The notes under the pieces: generated by a model
Told to the model about the DNA's origin: nothing
What the model saw: the letters and a program-made list of their open reading frames with translations, nothing else
Database searches by the model: none
Assembly: GCF_001194135.2 (NCBI RefSeq)
Contig: NC_068997.1
Coordinates: 51,583,462-51,645,625, forward strand
Source of the DNA: Octopus bimaculoides
Lineage: Eukaryota
Length of the DNA: 62,164 bases
Reading direction: 5' to 3'
Translations under genes and position numbers: made by a program
In this document: positions 1-11,889 of the stretch, piece by piece
Position numbering within the stretch: the first letter of the stretch is position 1
Layout of the letters: each line of letters begins with the position of its first letter

Positions 1-64
1 TATATATACAGATACACAAGCACACACAGATACTCAAAGACAGAGAGACAGATACACAGACACA

Positions 65-99
<35 letters not shown>

Positions 100-366
100 A
101 GCATAACTCTAAGTAGAATGCGTGCACGTAGCTGAAATCCAATTGAAACCTGTTATACATGATGTTGTTCTGTTATTCAACGACTGTAGAATTGTCTGAA
201 GATATTTGTCTTAATTCGACATGTGTTGGAGGCATGCAGTGTGCTTTGCCTCCAGAACAGGCAAAACTTTGTGTTTAAATGAAAAGAGGCGCCAAACTCG
301 CATCAGATTCATCTGAACGAATCAAAAAATCCCAATTGCAAATATATCTCTCCTAATTTATCTCTT

Positions 367-411
<45 letters not shown>

Positions 412-566
412 CAACAACAAAATCATCACCACTACCTCCCCAACGGTACTACAACTGCGACTACTACTACCCCCTACTCCCACCACTACAACTACTACCA
501 GTGACACCACCACTATTACTACGACTACTACAATCACGCACCCCGTCCCCACTACTACTACTACTA
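367..566. repeat. (ACT)n/(ACC)n trinucleotide microsatellite, degenerate to the right
   Basis: Visible tandem ACT array; it produces the poly-V ORF 358..573. Confidence 0.95.
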
Positions 567-580
567 TCCCCACCCCGCTA

Positions 581-782
581 TTTCAGTCATTTAACTGCGG
601 TCATACTGGGGCAAAACTTTGAAGGGTTTTAGCCGAACAAATCTACACCAGGATTTATATTTTACTTCCTTTTGAAGCCTCGTACTTATTCCATCGACCT
701 CTAGTGTCGAACCGCTAAGTCACGGGGGCGTAAACTTATTAACACCAGTTTTCAAGCGGTGGTGTGTTGACAGACACACAGT

Positions 783-864
<82 letters not shown>

Positions 865-1010
865 ACGGACTTCTTTCAGTTTCGACTAACAAGGCTTCGA
901 ACGACCTGAGGCTATTGTAGTAGACACTTGCCAAAGGTGCCACGCAGTGGGACTGAACTCGGAACCATGTGGCTAGGAAGCAAGCTTCTTACCACACAGC
1001 CACTCCTGCA
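581..1010 (-). mobile_element. SINE group A, near full length (tRNA-derived head, internal CA/TA microsatellite, conserved tail)
   Basis: Head (minus strand) GCAGGAGTGGCTGTGTGGTAAGAAGCTTGCTTCC...GAGTTCAGTCCCACTGCGTGGCACC with A/B-box-like motifs; body and tail recur more than 10 times in the window. Confidence 0.85.
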
Positions 1011-1027
1011 CCTATATATATATATAT

Positions 1028-1239
1028 NNNNNNNNNNNNNNNNNNNNNNNNNNNNNNNNNNNNNNNNNNNNNNNNNNNNNNNNNNNNNNNNNNNNNNNNN
1101 NNNNNNNNNNNNNNNNNNNNNNNNNNNNNNNNNNNNNNNNNNNNNNNNNNNNNNNNNNNNNNNNNNNNNNNNNNNNNNNNNNNNNNNNNNNNNNNNNNNN
1201 NNNNNNNNNNNNNNNNNNNNNNNNNNNNNNNNNNNNNNN
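1028..1239. other. Assembly gap (first of 14 N-runs, starting at 1028, 14100, 20446, 38728, 41399, 47268, 48681, 49510, 50577, 52207, 54335, 57512, 59199, 61140)
   Basis: N-runs flanked by (TA)n, (TC)n, (TG)n or (ACT)n, as expected where short-read contigs break. Confidence 0.99.
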
Positions 1240-1303
<64 letters not shown>

Positions 1304-2273
1304 TATCTATATCTATCTATCTATCTATATAGCTATCTATCTATACCTGGTTATCTATCTGTCTATTTATGTTTGTGTGCGTATATTTGTGTATATTATA
1401 AATTAAAAGAATCATTTTAACTTCAATTGCTCATTATGCGTTTGCTTTACTAAAATGTCATAATTATGAATTTTCAAAGGGGAATAAAAAAAAAAAATTA
1501 GTGCAAAAATAATAACCACAGAAAACAGAAGTAAATATACCAACAAAATTTCCAATCTGAACCAGATGACAGGAAACAAGTTATTTCATTCAGAAAAAAA
1601 GAAAAAAAAGAAAAATTAGATTAAATTAAGCGAAGAACCAGATAAATCCTAATTTCATATTTCTTCCAGTCAAAAACTAAGGGATACATGAGAAGTTTCT
1701 AACCTATTGAACAGAGAGTTTATATAACTAATACATTTATCAATAATGTAATTTTAACCGTTGCCATACCAACTGATAGCTATACCCTTGATGCGTAACT
1801 TCTCAAGGGACTTAAGCACCTTAAAGGAAATGTACCGTTTGCCTACGCAGGGAAGTAGATTTAAAAAACACTAGCAAGGAGAGGATGAAGAGTTTAAAAT
1901 TGTGATCAGACGAACAGATATATAATACATAACATTGATACGAATTAAACTGGTGTTTGATTTAAACAGCTGTATGTAAAAAAGTTGCCAGTTGTTTACC
2001 TTAGTGCAAATTTTGTTTATTTTATTGGTATCTGGGAGGAGTTTACATATGCAGTGTGACTCAGATAAACAGGCCCGACGCAGCTGGACATTGCTTCTGA
2101 TCATTAATCAAACTATATACACACAGCCACCCCCCACACACATATATATACATACATACACACATGCACATATATATATTTACACATACATATATGCACA
2201 TAAACATGTAGATATTTGTATATATACACACATACATATATACACACATATATGTACATATACATACACATAC

Positions 2274-2358
<85 letters not shown>

Positions 2359-2989
2359 TGTGTGTGTTTGCAAAGCGACATGTGTTTTTATTTAATTATG
2401 TTATTTGTGTTAATTATAATAAATATATCTTGTTCTGGTTATTTGTCTCCCTACCCCCGATCTCTTGTGTGGAATATTGTTCCGGAAGTTTAACCCCTGC
2501 TGATTACGATGGTTGCACGATACTTTGTTGGTTACAATAGTGAGCGGTAGGAGTTGGTATAGCCATTGCGTTCAATAAATCTGAGAAAATAATACTTGAG
2601 TTGAAGATTAAAAAAAGAAAACCGTCTAGAAAGAGTTTTCCCACCACAGGCAATAACCAGTTGCACTTTTGCAGCAGTTTGCTATGACCTGCATTATACT
2701 GCACCTACGCAGCTCTATACGATAGACTGCAATGTGATGCACATATACAGCCTAATGCTGCAGACAGAAATGTGCTGCACCTATAAGATTCTGTATTATT
2801 GACAACAATGTGTTGCAGGTTTCCAACTTTACGTAAAAAAAGTGAAACAGCTCAGATATTCGAAAATCATACGAGTTCAATAAATTGTGATGGGGGTTTC
2901 ATATTAACAAATGCATATATTTATATTTGATTGTATATGAAAACATTTTCGTTAAAGACAAAGAACACCTCGAAAATATCACTCCGTGT

Positions 2990-3410
2990 CCTATATGAGA
3001 AGCTGGCCTATATTACACGAAGGGTGGATGGGGTACCGTTGCGCAGTAAAGGCAGTCGAAGTCGGTGCACGTGCGTTCGTCACAGTGTCTGTGTTTGTGA
3101 ACTACGCGGTCAGCTTGGAATCAAGGATCGCAAAATGCGGACAAAGGTGTGGTAGAAAGACTCCGTGCCGGCGCAACCATCATGTCCATGCGGGCGGCTT
3201 TGACGAGCGCGATTACGAGCGCACAACACACGGGCACACACACACACACTCGAGCTCGATGCTCCCCTGTGACGTCCTTCCAGACGTCGCCGGATGCTAC
3301 TTGACGTCGTCTGACGCCGATGGACGCCGCCGGACGTCGTTGGATGCAAAATCGACCGTTCTCGTCCGTGGCGACGCAATTGGGCCTCCTGCCGTCAGAG
3401 ACAAATGAGA
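2990..3410. other. GC/CpG-rich island containing a 10-bp-period GACGYC array
   Basis: Many CpGs in an AT-rich context; no recognisable protein in any frame. Confidence 0.6.
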
Positions 3411-3634
3411 AGAGCTGAATGTAGTTATGGGAGGAAAGATGTGATGTAGATCGAACTAAAGAGGAATAACAGTTACGTTATTGGACATAGTAAGAAGGAA
3501 ACAGTTTGAAAAAGGTCTTACATGGGTTTTACGAGGCCATGAATGTGCCGTACGCCTTTTGATATAATTCTGAGATTCCTGGCCGCTGGAGATACGATCA
3601 GTCATTGTTGGTAATTATGACACATCTCTTATGT

Positions 3635-3878
3635 TCTTTTATTCTTTTGATTGTTTCAGTCAGTTGACTGTGGCCATGCTGGAGCACCGCCTTCAAGGTT
3701 TTAGTCGAACAAATCGACCCCAGGACTTGTTTTTTTTATATATTTTTTCTTTAATGCCTAGTATTTATTCTATCGGTCTCTTTGACACTAACTCCTATGT
3801 TACGGAGACGTAAACACACCAACACCGGTCGTCAAGCGGTATGGGAGGGGGAACATGGATACAAAGACACACACATAC
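3635..3878 (-). mobile_element. SINE group A tail/body fragment
   Basis: TTGTTTCAGTC...GGCCATGCTGGAGCACCGCCTTCAAGGTTTTAGTCGAACAAATCGACCCCAGG matches the group A tail. Confidence 0.8.
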
Positions 3879-3884
3879 ATGTAT

Positions 3885-4182
3885 TCTTTTATTCTTTTAC
3901 TTGCTTCAGTCATTTTGACTGTGGCCATGCTGGAGCACCGCCTCTTAGTCGAACAAATTAACTCCTGGACTTTGTAAGCCTGATACATTTTCTGTCGGTC
4001 TCTTTTGTCGAACCGCTAAGTTACGGAGATGTAAACATACTAAGATCGGTTATCAAGCAATGGTGGAGGGACAACAGACACAAACACACAAATATATACA
4101 TATATATACAGCAGGCTTCTTTCAGTTTCCGTCTACGAGATTTCACAAGACTTTGGTCGGCCCAAGGCTATAGCAGATGACA
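3885..4182 (-). mobile_element. SINE group A, 5'-truncated
   Basis: Second tail plus body up to AAGGCTATAGCAGATGACAC. Confidence 0.8.
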
Positions 4183-4196
4183 CATATAATATAAGC

Positions 4197-4328
4197 GCAG
4201 GCGTGGCTGTGTGGTAAAAAGCTTGTTTCTCAACGACATGGTTCCGGGTTCAGTCGTACTGCGTGGCACCTTGGGCAAGTGTCTTCTACCATAGCCTCTG
4301 GCTGACCGAAGCCTTGTTAGTAGATTTG
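4197..4328 (+). mobile_element. SINE group A head
   Basis: GCAGGCGTGGCTGTGTGGTAAAAAGC...GGGTTCAGTCGTACTGCGTGGCACCTTGGGCAAGTGTCTTCTAC. Confidence 0.85.
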
Positions 4329-4333
4329 ATATG

Positions 4334-4376
<43 letters not shown>

Positions 4377-4380
4377 AACG

Positions 4381-4528
4381 GACTTTCAGTTTCCGTCTAC
4401 TAAATCTAACCACAAGTCTTTGGTTAGCCTGAGGCTATGGAAGATAGTTTCCCAAGGTGCCACGCAGAGGGACTGAACCTGAACCTATGTGAGATGCAAA
4501 CACCTTACCACACAGCCAAGCCAGCGCC
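4381..4528 (-). mobile_element. SINE group A head, inverted relative to 4197-4328
   Basis: Reverse-complement homologue of the preceding head, separated from it by (TA)n. Confidence 0.8.
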
Positions 4529-5012
4529 TATATATTGAATTTATTTAGTTTAAAAACCATCCCATACCATCGACTACTTCCAGAACATTCCTCCGATTAC
4601 TTAGCACTAAACATCGAAAATCAACTTGATATTGAGAGAGAGAGAGAGAGAAAGAGAACAGAGAGAGATAGAGAGAGCGAGAGAGCAAGAAGAACAGAGA
4701 GAGCGAGAGAGAGTGTTAGAGATAGGGAGAGAGGTGGTGAGGAGGGAGAGGAAGAGGGGTGAGAGAAATGAATGCCTGATTTTGTTAAAAAACATATTAG
4801 ATGACAATCCTTAATACTTATATCTTACGTCAGATTTGCTAGAATTTTAATCTGGAGGAATCAAGAGACGGGATTATAATTGGTCTGCAATGATGTCTGT
4901 AGAAATTGAGAAGACATGCCAAATGCCAACTTGTTATTACTAGTAAGAAATAGTCTTAAAATTTCTGAATATTCTATAACTTCGAATAAGCAGATTTGTA
5001 TTCATAATATTG

Positions 5013-5220
5013 TTTTCAAATTTTAGCACAAGGTCATCGATTCCTGGGAGGGTGTAAATTAATTACTTCGGTCCCAGTAGGCAGCTGGTACTTATTTTAT
5101 CGAACCTGAGAGGAAAGCAAAGTCGACCTCGGCGGAATTTGAACTCAGAATCTACACTCAGCCGAAATGCCGCTAACTCGTTTTGCCCGGCGAGCTCAAG
5201 TCTTGCCAGTTCGTCGCCTT
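5013..5220 (-). mobile_element. SINE group C
   Basis: Diagnostic GCAAAGTCGACCTCGGCGGAATTTGAACTCAGAA...CGAAATGCCGCTAA motif (B-box-like GAGTTCAAATTCC on the minus strand). Confidence 0.85.
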
Positions 5221-5503
5221 CTTCGTATCTAAAATATTCCGAAATAATATTTACAAAACTTTAAAAATTTTATCTTAAACGGACACCATTGCAGATTTTT
5301 ATACGTTGCACAGGTTCACATCGAAAGTTCCAGAATCGGCATCTTTTATGAGGCAGAGAAGAGGGATATGTACACTTGTTGTTTTATGGGAATCATGATA
5401 GGAAATGAGGAAGGAGGTTGGCAGATAGTTATCTGGTTTCTCAGAAGGAGAGAACGGAGGTGGATTGTGGGGCAGAAATGTCGCTCATAAGTATATACTA
5501 GAT

Positions 5504-5668
5504 CCAGGCATGATTTTGTGGTTAAGAAACTGGCATTGCAACCAATGCAGTTTTCAGTTTAGTCCCACTGCACGGTACCTTGAATAAGCGTCTTGTACTA
5601 TGTCCCCGGATCGGCTAGTGCCTTGTGTGTGAATTTGGTAAACGGAAACGCTGTGGAACACATTCGTA
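5504..5668 (+). mobile_element. SINE group A head, diverged
   Basis: CAGGCATGATTTTGTGGTTAAGAA...CAGTTTAGTCCCACTGCACGGTACCTTG...GAATTTGGTAAACGGAAAC. Confidence 0.7.
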
Positions 5669-5765
5669 TACATATATAAATTTACTTGCGTGAATTTTGC
5701 TACCCTGGTAAATGTTTCTTGAATTTTCCATATATATATATATATATATATATACACGCGTGTGT

Positions 5766-5961
5766 CGTTAGCACGCTAGACGAAATGCTTAGCGGTATTT
5801 GGTCTGTCTATATGTTCTGAATTCAAATTCCGCTGAGGTCGACTTTGCCTTTCATCCTTTCGAGGTCAATAAATTAAATACCAGTTTGCGTACTAGGGTC
5901 GATCTAATCGACTGGCCCCTTCTCCAAAACTTTCGGACCTTGTGCCTAGAGTAGAAAAGAA
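5766..5961 (+). mobile_element. SINE group C
   Basis: CGTTAGCACGC..ACGAAATGCTTAGCGGTATTT...GAATTCAAATTCCGCTGAGGTCGACTTTGCCTTTCATCC...CTTGTGCCTAGAGTAGAAA. Confidence 0.85.
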
Positions 5962-6029
5962 TGTGTATGTGTGTATATAAGAGACCTCAACACAAGCGTA
6001 AAAAATAAGAACGATTGTTCGTTCTCGTT

Positions 6030-6180
6030 TTTTTCTTCGTCCCTGTAACTTAGCGGTTTGGTGAAAGAAAACGATAGAGAATGTGCAAGACTAAAATCAA
6101 TCAAACATACAAACAAAAAAAGCTAAATAAATACTGATGGTGATTGGCTGCAGTTCAATGGCTGAAACAAACGAAAGATA
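6030..6180 (+). mobile_element. SINE group A tail, diverged
   Basis: CGTCCCTGTAACTTAGCGGTTTGG...GGCTGCAGTTCAATGGCTGAAACAA. Confidence 0.6.
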
Positions 6181-6582
6181 AAATTGAAGGTAAAAGATAA
6201 ATGGGAAGAGCGTCGGTGTGGGTTGTGTGTTATGGAGTCTGCACTCCCATACATGACGTAGTTTTTCTATATTTAATGAATGGTAATAACACAGAATAGC
6301 AACATTTCGAATTCCGAAATTGATTTCAAAGAATTATTTAAATGAAGAAAATTCTGGGAATATTCCAAGTAACAACCTACGACCAGACAATTCTAACTGG
6401 GAAGGGAAATATTACATATTCTCTAATAGTAATCATTACTTGAAGATCATGAAATCTTAAGTACTTGTGTTTCGTAAAAGCAAGGTCTTAAGTACATCTA
6501 TTCTGTAAAAGAAAATGTATACAGGAGTGTCACAAAATTGTGGCCACTACAGTTTTCTCTTCGATATTTATAAAAGGATTTT

Positions 6583-6680
6583 AAAGCGGCGTGCTGGCAG
6601 AATGGTTAGCACGGTGGGCGAAATGTTTCGCAACATTTCGTCCGTCTTCACATTCTGAGTTCAAATTCCACCGAGGTCGA
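6583..6680 (+). mobile_element. SINE group C 5' fragment
   Basis: AAAGCGGCGTGCTGGCAGAATGGTTAGCACGG...GAGTTCAAATTCCACCGAGGTCGA. Confidence 0.8.
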
Positions 6681-6728
6681 TTAAAATGAGAACCAATTGA
6701 GTTGGCCCTGTTCAAAAATTTGAAATTT

Positions 6729-7062
6729 GCATGGCTCATAGGTCAGAGCGTCGGGTTCATAACCGTGAGTTCGATTCCCAGACCGGGTTGTATGTTTTGT
6801 TCTTGAGCAAGACAATTTCGCGTTGCTCCCGTTCACTGAACTGTAGAAACGTGTTGTGACGTCACTGGTGCCAAGCTGTATCAGCTTCTGCCTTTCACCT
6901 TGAATAACATCGGTGGCGCAGAAAGGGGGGGAGATGGTATGCACAGGCAACTGCTGGTCTTCCACACACAACCTGGCCCGGACTTGTGCCTCTGAGGTTA
7001 ACTTCCTAGGTGCAATCCCATGGTCATTCGTGACCGAAGGTGATCTTTACCATTTATCCTCA
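6729..7062 (+). mobile_element. SINE group D (tRNA head, conserved core, tail type 1)
   Basis: TGGCTCATAGGTCAGAGCG...GAGTTCGATTCCC B-box; core TTCTTGAGCAAGACA; homologous to 51247-51528 in the opposite orientation. Confidence 0.8.
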
Positions 7063-7127
7063 CACCAACCTGGTTTTTCTTGCTATCGTAATTTCTTCCC
7101 AGGGAACCGCATGCCCATCTAGCTCAT

Positions 7128-7163
7128 TTTTGTGACGATAGACTAGTGTCCGAAACGTCAAGG
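7128..7163 (+). ncRNA. Degenerate minimal type I hammerhead motif (PLE type)
   Basis: TTTT-GTGACGA-T-AGAC(TAGT)GTCC-GAAA-CG-TC-AAGG; C3 is mutated to G and the base of stem II is mispaired. Confidence 0.5.
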
Positions 7164-8385
7164 CATTTTCCCATCCTTTTAAACGTTAAAAAGATATCTC
7201 AGTCACACCGTACGTCACTACAGGGCTGACCCCGATCCCGACAACCTCAACAGAAGTTGAACGTCCATAGGATATTATTACTGGATAAGAGTTAATTTAC
7301 ATTTCTACTTATGAAATTCTACAGGTATTTTGAGAAGTCATTGGAAACAAGTACATCTTAAAGGACAGCTGTTCTCTAAAATTAATCGGATTTTGAGCTG
7401 ACTCTGCCAATTATTTTTACTTCTCGCTTGAAATGAGTTCATAAGCATTAATACTTCACATAAAACCATAACCTTTTGGTCCTGCGTGTACACTTGAGAG
7501 ATCGCGTATTTCCTTTGACTATACAACTGGAGGGTGCAAATAAGGACGACCATTTTATGTTTACGGCTTGCTGCTAATTCGCATATACATCGTTATTTTC
7601 AGCCGTAAACATAAAACCATATGGCCGTCCACTTCAGCGTTTTCCAGAGTTATTGCCAAACGAATTCGCACTCACTGAACCGTACTTATCGGTTCAACGC
7701 ACTCAACGTCACCTAACTTCTTGTTTCATTTGTAAATATAAGACTGCGAGCTCAAGTTCAGGTCTCAACATTTGATCGCTAAAATAGCTGTTAGAAACAT
7801 CTTTCTTCAGTATAATATATGTTGGTGTAATGCATAGAAACATGAGTACATATGTAAAGACATTCTGGAACAATCTGGAAACACAACTAAATGTAAGCCT
7901 GTCGAACGGTTAGCCGACGATTATGATTGTTTGAAATAAAAGTGACAGTGGCACATGGACGATACAAGTTAGTGTTAAAGGTCAGGTTGTTTCAATGTCG
8001 ACGTTATTGATTCAGTAACTGCACCGAATTTGTTTATGAGATAAGACTTGTACACGCCAGCATAACTCTAAACATTTTTATTTGTTTGTAAAAGTCAGCC
8101 GACATTTTCATGTAATGTTAATACACGCCAATACTTTGACGGTGAATATACATGTATACAGGGGGGAGATGGGAGAGAGAGAGAGAGAGGGGGGAGGAGA
8201 GAGCGGAAGAGAGAGATAGAAACACATACATACATGTGTATGTAAGAGAGTGACGGCATGGCTGCCTGGTTAAAATACATGCCACCCAACTCTGTGTACG
8301 TATATTTATATACACATGCACGCATATACATACACATATACACGCGCGCGCAGATACGCACAAACAAACATGCACATAGACACAC

Positions 8386-8421
<36 letters not shown>

Positions 8422-8528
8422 TTACAAATATATTTACATAAAGAAAAAGACAAATACTAAGAGAATACACATTACGTGCTTTCTCTACTGAGCGTATCCA
8501 ACTCATTTATTGCCTCTCTCTCTCTCTC

Positions 8529-8584
<56 letters not shown>

Positions 8585-8592
8585 TCCACACA

Positions 8593-9026
8593 CAGGGTGT
8601 TCAAAAAGTCTCTCTGCAGTGAAACAAATCAGCCTAGGAAGTGCTCACACAGCAGTAAAAAGAGAAATTAGATTTCTTTCCATACAAAGTGCTGGCCATT
8701 CAAGAATTGAAGACTACGGATCATGCTAAAAGGCTTCATTATTGTCATCGGTTCTAAAACTGTTGCCGAAAAAGCCATAGAAGTGCTGTTTTTACACCGA
8801 TGAAGCTTCGTTTCATCTGTCGGGACACACAAAATCGCAAAACACAAGGTTATGGAGCACTGAGAATCCACAAGCTGCGCATGAGCAACCTCTGCATCCC
8901 GAAAAAGTTGGAGTATGGATAGCAAATGCAAGAAAGCGTATTGTGGGATCGATATTGTTTGAAGACACCATCAACACCGAGAGATATTGCTCAAATATTG
9001 CCTATGTTATTCAGCCCACTAATTAA
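8593..9026 (+). mobile_element. Internally deleted Tc1/mariner-superfamily (rosa/DD41D-like) transposon relic
   Basis: Left end CAGGGTGTTCAAAAAGTC. Translated LDFFPYKVLAIQELKTTDHAKRLHYCHRF*, then after a frameshift FYTDEASFHLSGHTKSQNTRLWSTENP...PLHPEKVGVW...IVGSILFEDTINTERY (first catalytic D at 8799). The second D is absent, so the subfamily cannot be assigned firmly. Confidence 0.85.
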
Positions 9027-9053
9027 TGAAAGGAATAATGGAGCTCAGATTGA

Positions 9054-9359
9054 AGGCGCGTGGCTCAGTGGTTAGGGTATTCGGCTCACGATCATGAGGT
9101 CATGAGTTCGATTCTCGGCGGCGCGTTGTATCCTTGAGCAAAACACTTTATTTCACGTTGCGCCAGTTCGCTCAGCTGGCAAAAATGAGCTGTACCAGTA
9201 ATTCAAATGGGCCAGCCTTGTCACGTTCTGTGTCACGCAGAATGCAATAAGGCTCCACATGTTTGAGGAGTACGCAGCCACTTGCATGGTAATTTGTCGT
9301 GCAGGCTATTCCGTTGATCCGATCAACTGGAACCCTCGTCGTCGTAATCGACGGAGTGC
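9054..9359 (+). mobile_element. SINE group D (head, core, tail type 2)
   Basis: GGCGCGTGGCTCAGTGGTTAGGG A-box; GAGTTCGATTCTC B-box; tail GCCAGCCTTGTCAC...GATCCGATCAACTGGAACCCTCGTCGTCGTAA. Confidence 0.85.
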
Positions 9360-10002
9360 TAGTGGAGCTGTGGGTGAGAACTTTTGTTTCTCAGACCCTT
9401 GACGTAACTAATTCCAAGAAAGAAAATTATTGAGGGGTGGGGGGAAATCGACGCACTACTTATAGGATTCGAACTCAGATTGTAGAACTTAGAACCAGTT
9501 AAAATACTGCCAGGCATTCTATCCAACTCTGCCAATTCACCCTCTTCCTACTCGTCTGAACTTGCAAAAGTGTTCAGCGATGATAACACAAAAGAATGAC
9601 CAGGACGGCTGAACCGGAACGCAGGCCGCAGCACGATTTCAACTCAGGCATTCCATTCGAGTCTGCTGATTTACTGTTTTCTTTCTGGTTTGAACTTGCT
9701 GAAAGGGTTCAGCCATATTAACAAAAAGCAATATAATAGAAGTATCACTGAACTGTCTCGATATAACAAACAGGTGTCAAAATAACAGATAATACAGACG
9801 CGCCAGACGTGACGTAACGACAAATATTTTCTAAACAAGTACTAAAAGACGAATCCAGCATTAATGTCAGACAGTAACTGACAATCTGGACAATGTTGGA
9901 TATAAAATATTTTTCCCAAACTGAAAGAAAATACAACAGAAATAGATAAAGAGTGAATCTTTAGAGATATATTAATTTAGTGTATTATTTCATTTTATTA
10001 AA

Positions 10003-10170
10003 GCGTCGGCCAAAATGCTTAGCAGCATTTCGTCCGTCTTTACGTTCTGAGTTCAAATTCCGCCGAAGTCGACTTTTCCTTTCAATCAATAAGTATCAGT
10101 TTAGCACTGGGGTAATCAAGTAGCCCAGACCCTTCACAATTTTGGGTCCCTTGCCTATTAACAGAAATGA
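10003..10170 (+). mobile_element. SINE group C, 5'-truncated
   Basis: AAAATGCTTAGCAGCATTTCGTCCGTCTTTACGTTCTGAGTTCAAATTCCGCCGAAGTCGAC. Confidence 0.8.
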
Positions 10171-10186
10171 TCATTTCATTTTATTG

Positions 10187-10398
10187 TAAGGCGGCGAGCT
10201 AATAGAATCGTTATCATGCCGGACAAAATGTTTTGCAGTATTTCTTCCGGTTTTACGTTCTGAGTTCAAATTCTGTTGAGGCAGATTTTTTCTTCTACCC
10301 TTCCGGGGTCGATTAAACATGCCAGACAATTACTGAGGCTGCTGTAAACTGCTTGGCCCCTCCTTCAAAATTTCGGGCCTTATGCCTATATTAGAAAG
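10187..10398 (+). mobile_element. SINE group C
   Basis: AAGGCGGCGAGCT..AGAATCGTTA...GAGTTCAAATTC...CTTATGCCTATATTAGAAAG. Confidence 0.85.
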
Positions 10399-10411
10399 TA
10401 TTCATTATATT

Positions 10412-10625
10412 GGTTTCAAATTTTGGCCCAAGGCCAGCAATTTCAGGGAAGGGGTTAAATCAATTACATTGATCGACTCCAATACTTAACTTGTACTTAA
10501 TTTATCGACCTCGAAATGATGAAAGGCACGGTCAACCTCAGTGGAATTTGGGCTCAAAACATAAAGACGAAATGCCAGAAAGGATTTTGCCCAACATGCT
10601 AATGAATCTGCCGACTTCCCAGTTC
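10412..10625 (-). mobile_element. SINE group C, tail-to-tail with the previous copy
   Basis: TTTCAAATTTTGGCCCAAGGCCAGCAATTTC...GATGAAAGGCACGGTCAACCTCAGTGGAATTTG. Confidence 0.8.
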
Positions 10626-11889
10626 ACCGAACCCTGGTTATGATAGAAAAGCATTGGCGAAGAGAAAATACCGTGACTTGGATTTGACCATGGAGTAATG
10701 TAATTGCATCATGAACTTTTTAACTACGTAGTACATAGCAACACATATGAAATTGCCCAGTGTGCTGCACATTGAGAACGAACCCGTAGTAAAGCGATTG
10801 CTGAATGAATGCGTAAATCACAAAGTTATACAAAATTACCTCAAGATCCCGCGCAGTGGGATCGAGCCTGTAATAAACTGATTGCAAAATTACCTTCTTA
10901 ACCATACTGTAACGCACGCACCTGTGTTGTAATTAACATATTTTCTTCTTCGTGGCTTGAAGGGAGTTCCATCTCATTCAACTCTATTGCTTTCGCTATC
11001 AATGCTACTACAGCTGCCGATGCCGCTGTTACTGGCGTTAATATAAATATGTTAATGCGATAAACTACGTGATTCACATGAGCGTAAAGAAGTACAGCTG
11101 TAATTACTGTGTTGTTAGCGCTAATGCAGGCGTCTGACTGTGTTTTTATCAGCGAAACATAACGGACTCCTGGTTAATAAGCACCGTCGTACATTTATTA
11201 AGCACTATTCAAATGATATCATTCGTAGAAATGATGCGCAACAAAATTGTTCCATTTTGACTTCATATAATTGATTTAAATATTAATTGGAATATTTTAC
11301 TTCGTTTTCAGACTTCAAAAGGATTTTTCAAGAGAACTTCATTAAGAGGAATTTCATAATGAAATACTCCCGGAATTATACATATGCTGTTTAAAGAGTG
11401 TATAATGATACATACACATGACTAAATTTAGAGCCGGGAAACTGAAGCGAAGTGCTGAAAAGTTTGATGTATCTTCCCGTATAAAATAGACGCGTTTCTG
11501 AAAATAAACTAGCATAAAGAAACCACACGCGCTCGCACGCACATACTCACATGACACTCGTATATATTCGTTAAACATACATTCACATATATAAACAGAT
11601 CTCCTACACTCCTTATATTATACCAGATTGTTCAACTACCTTCTTTTACACTGTGATAACTTTGAGGGAAGTACTCAATACAGTGTGTATACATTATTTC
11701 TTACACATGCCCTGTTTATATGTGACAAATTCATTTACACACACAAAGACAATTCTTTCTCTTCCACCTCTTTCTAACAAGCCGATAGACTCGCTTCTAC
11801 AAGGGCTCGTCACAGTGATAGGTCTGGGGAAGTACACAATACCTGGTGAATATAGTGCTTGTGTATGCCCTGGTTACGTCATCCGTCCA

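Noticed and set aside
3137-3184. ADKGVVERLRAGATIM resembling an amidase-signature segment
   Set aside because: Short match with a deletion, no following GKTN motif, and no convincing splice context.
6518-6556. TACAGGAGTGTCACAAAATTGTGG resembling the MITE TIR
   Set aside because: Only partial similarity and no matching inverted end found.
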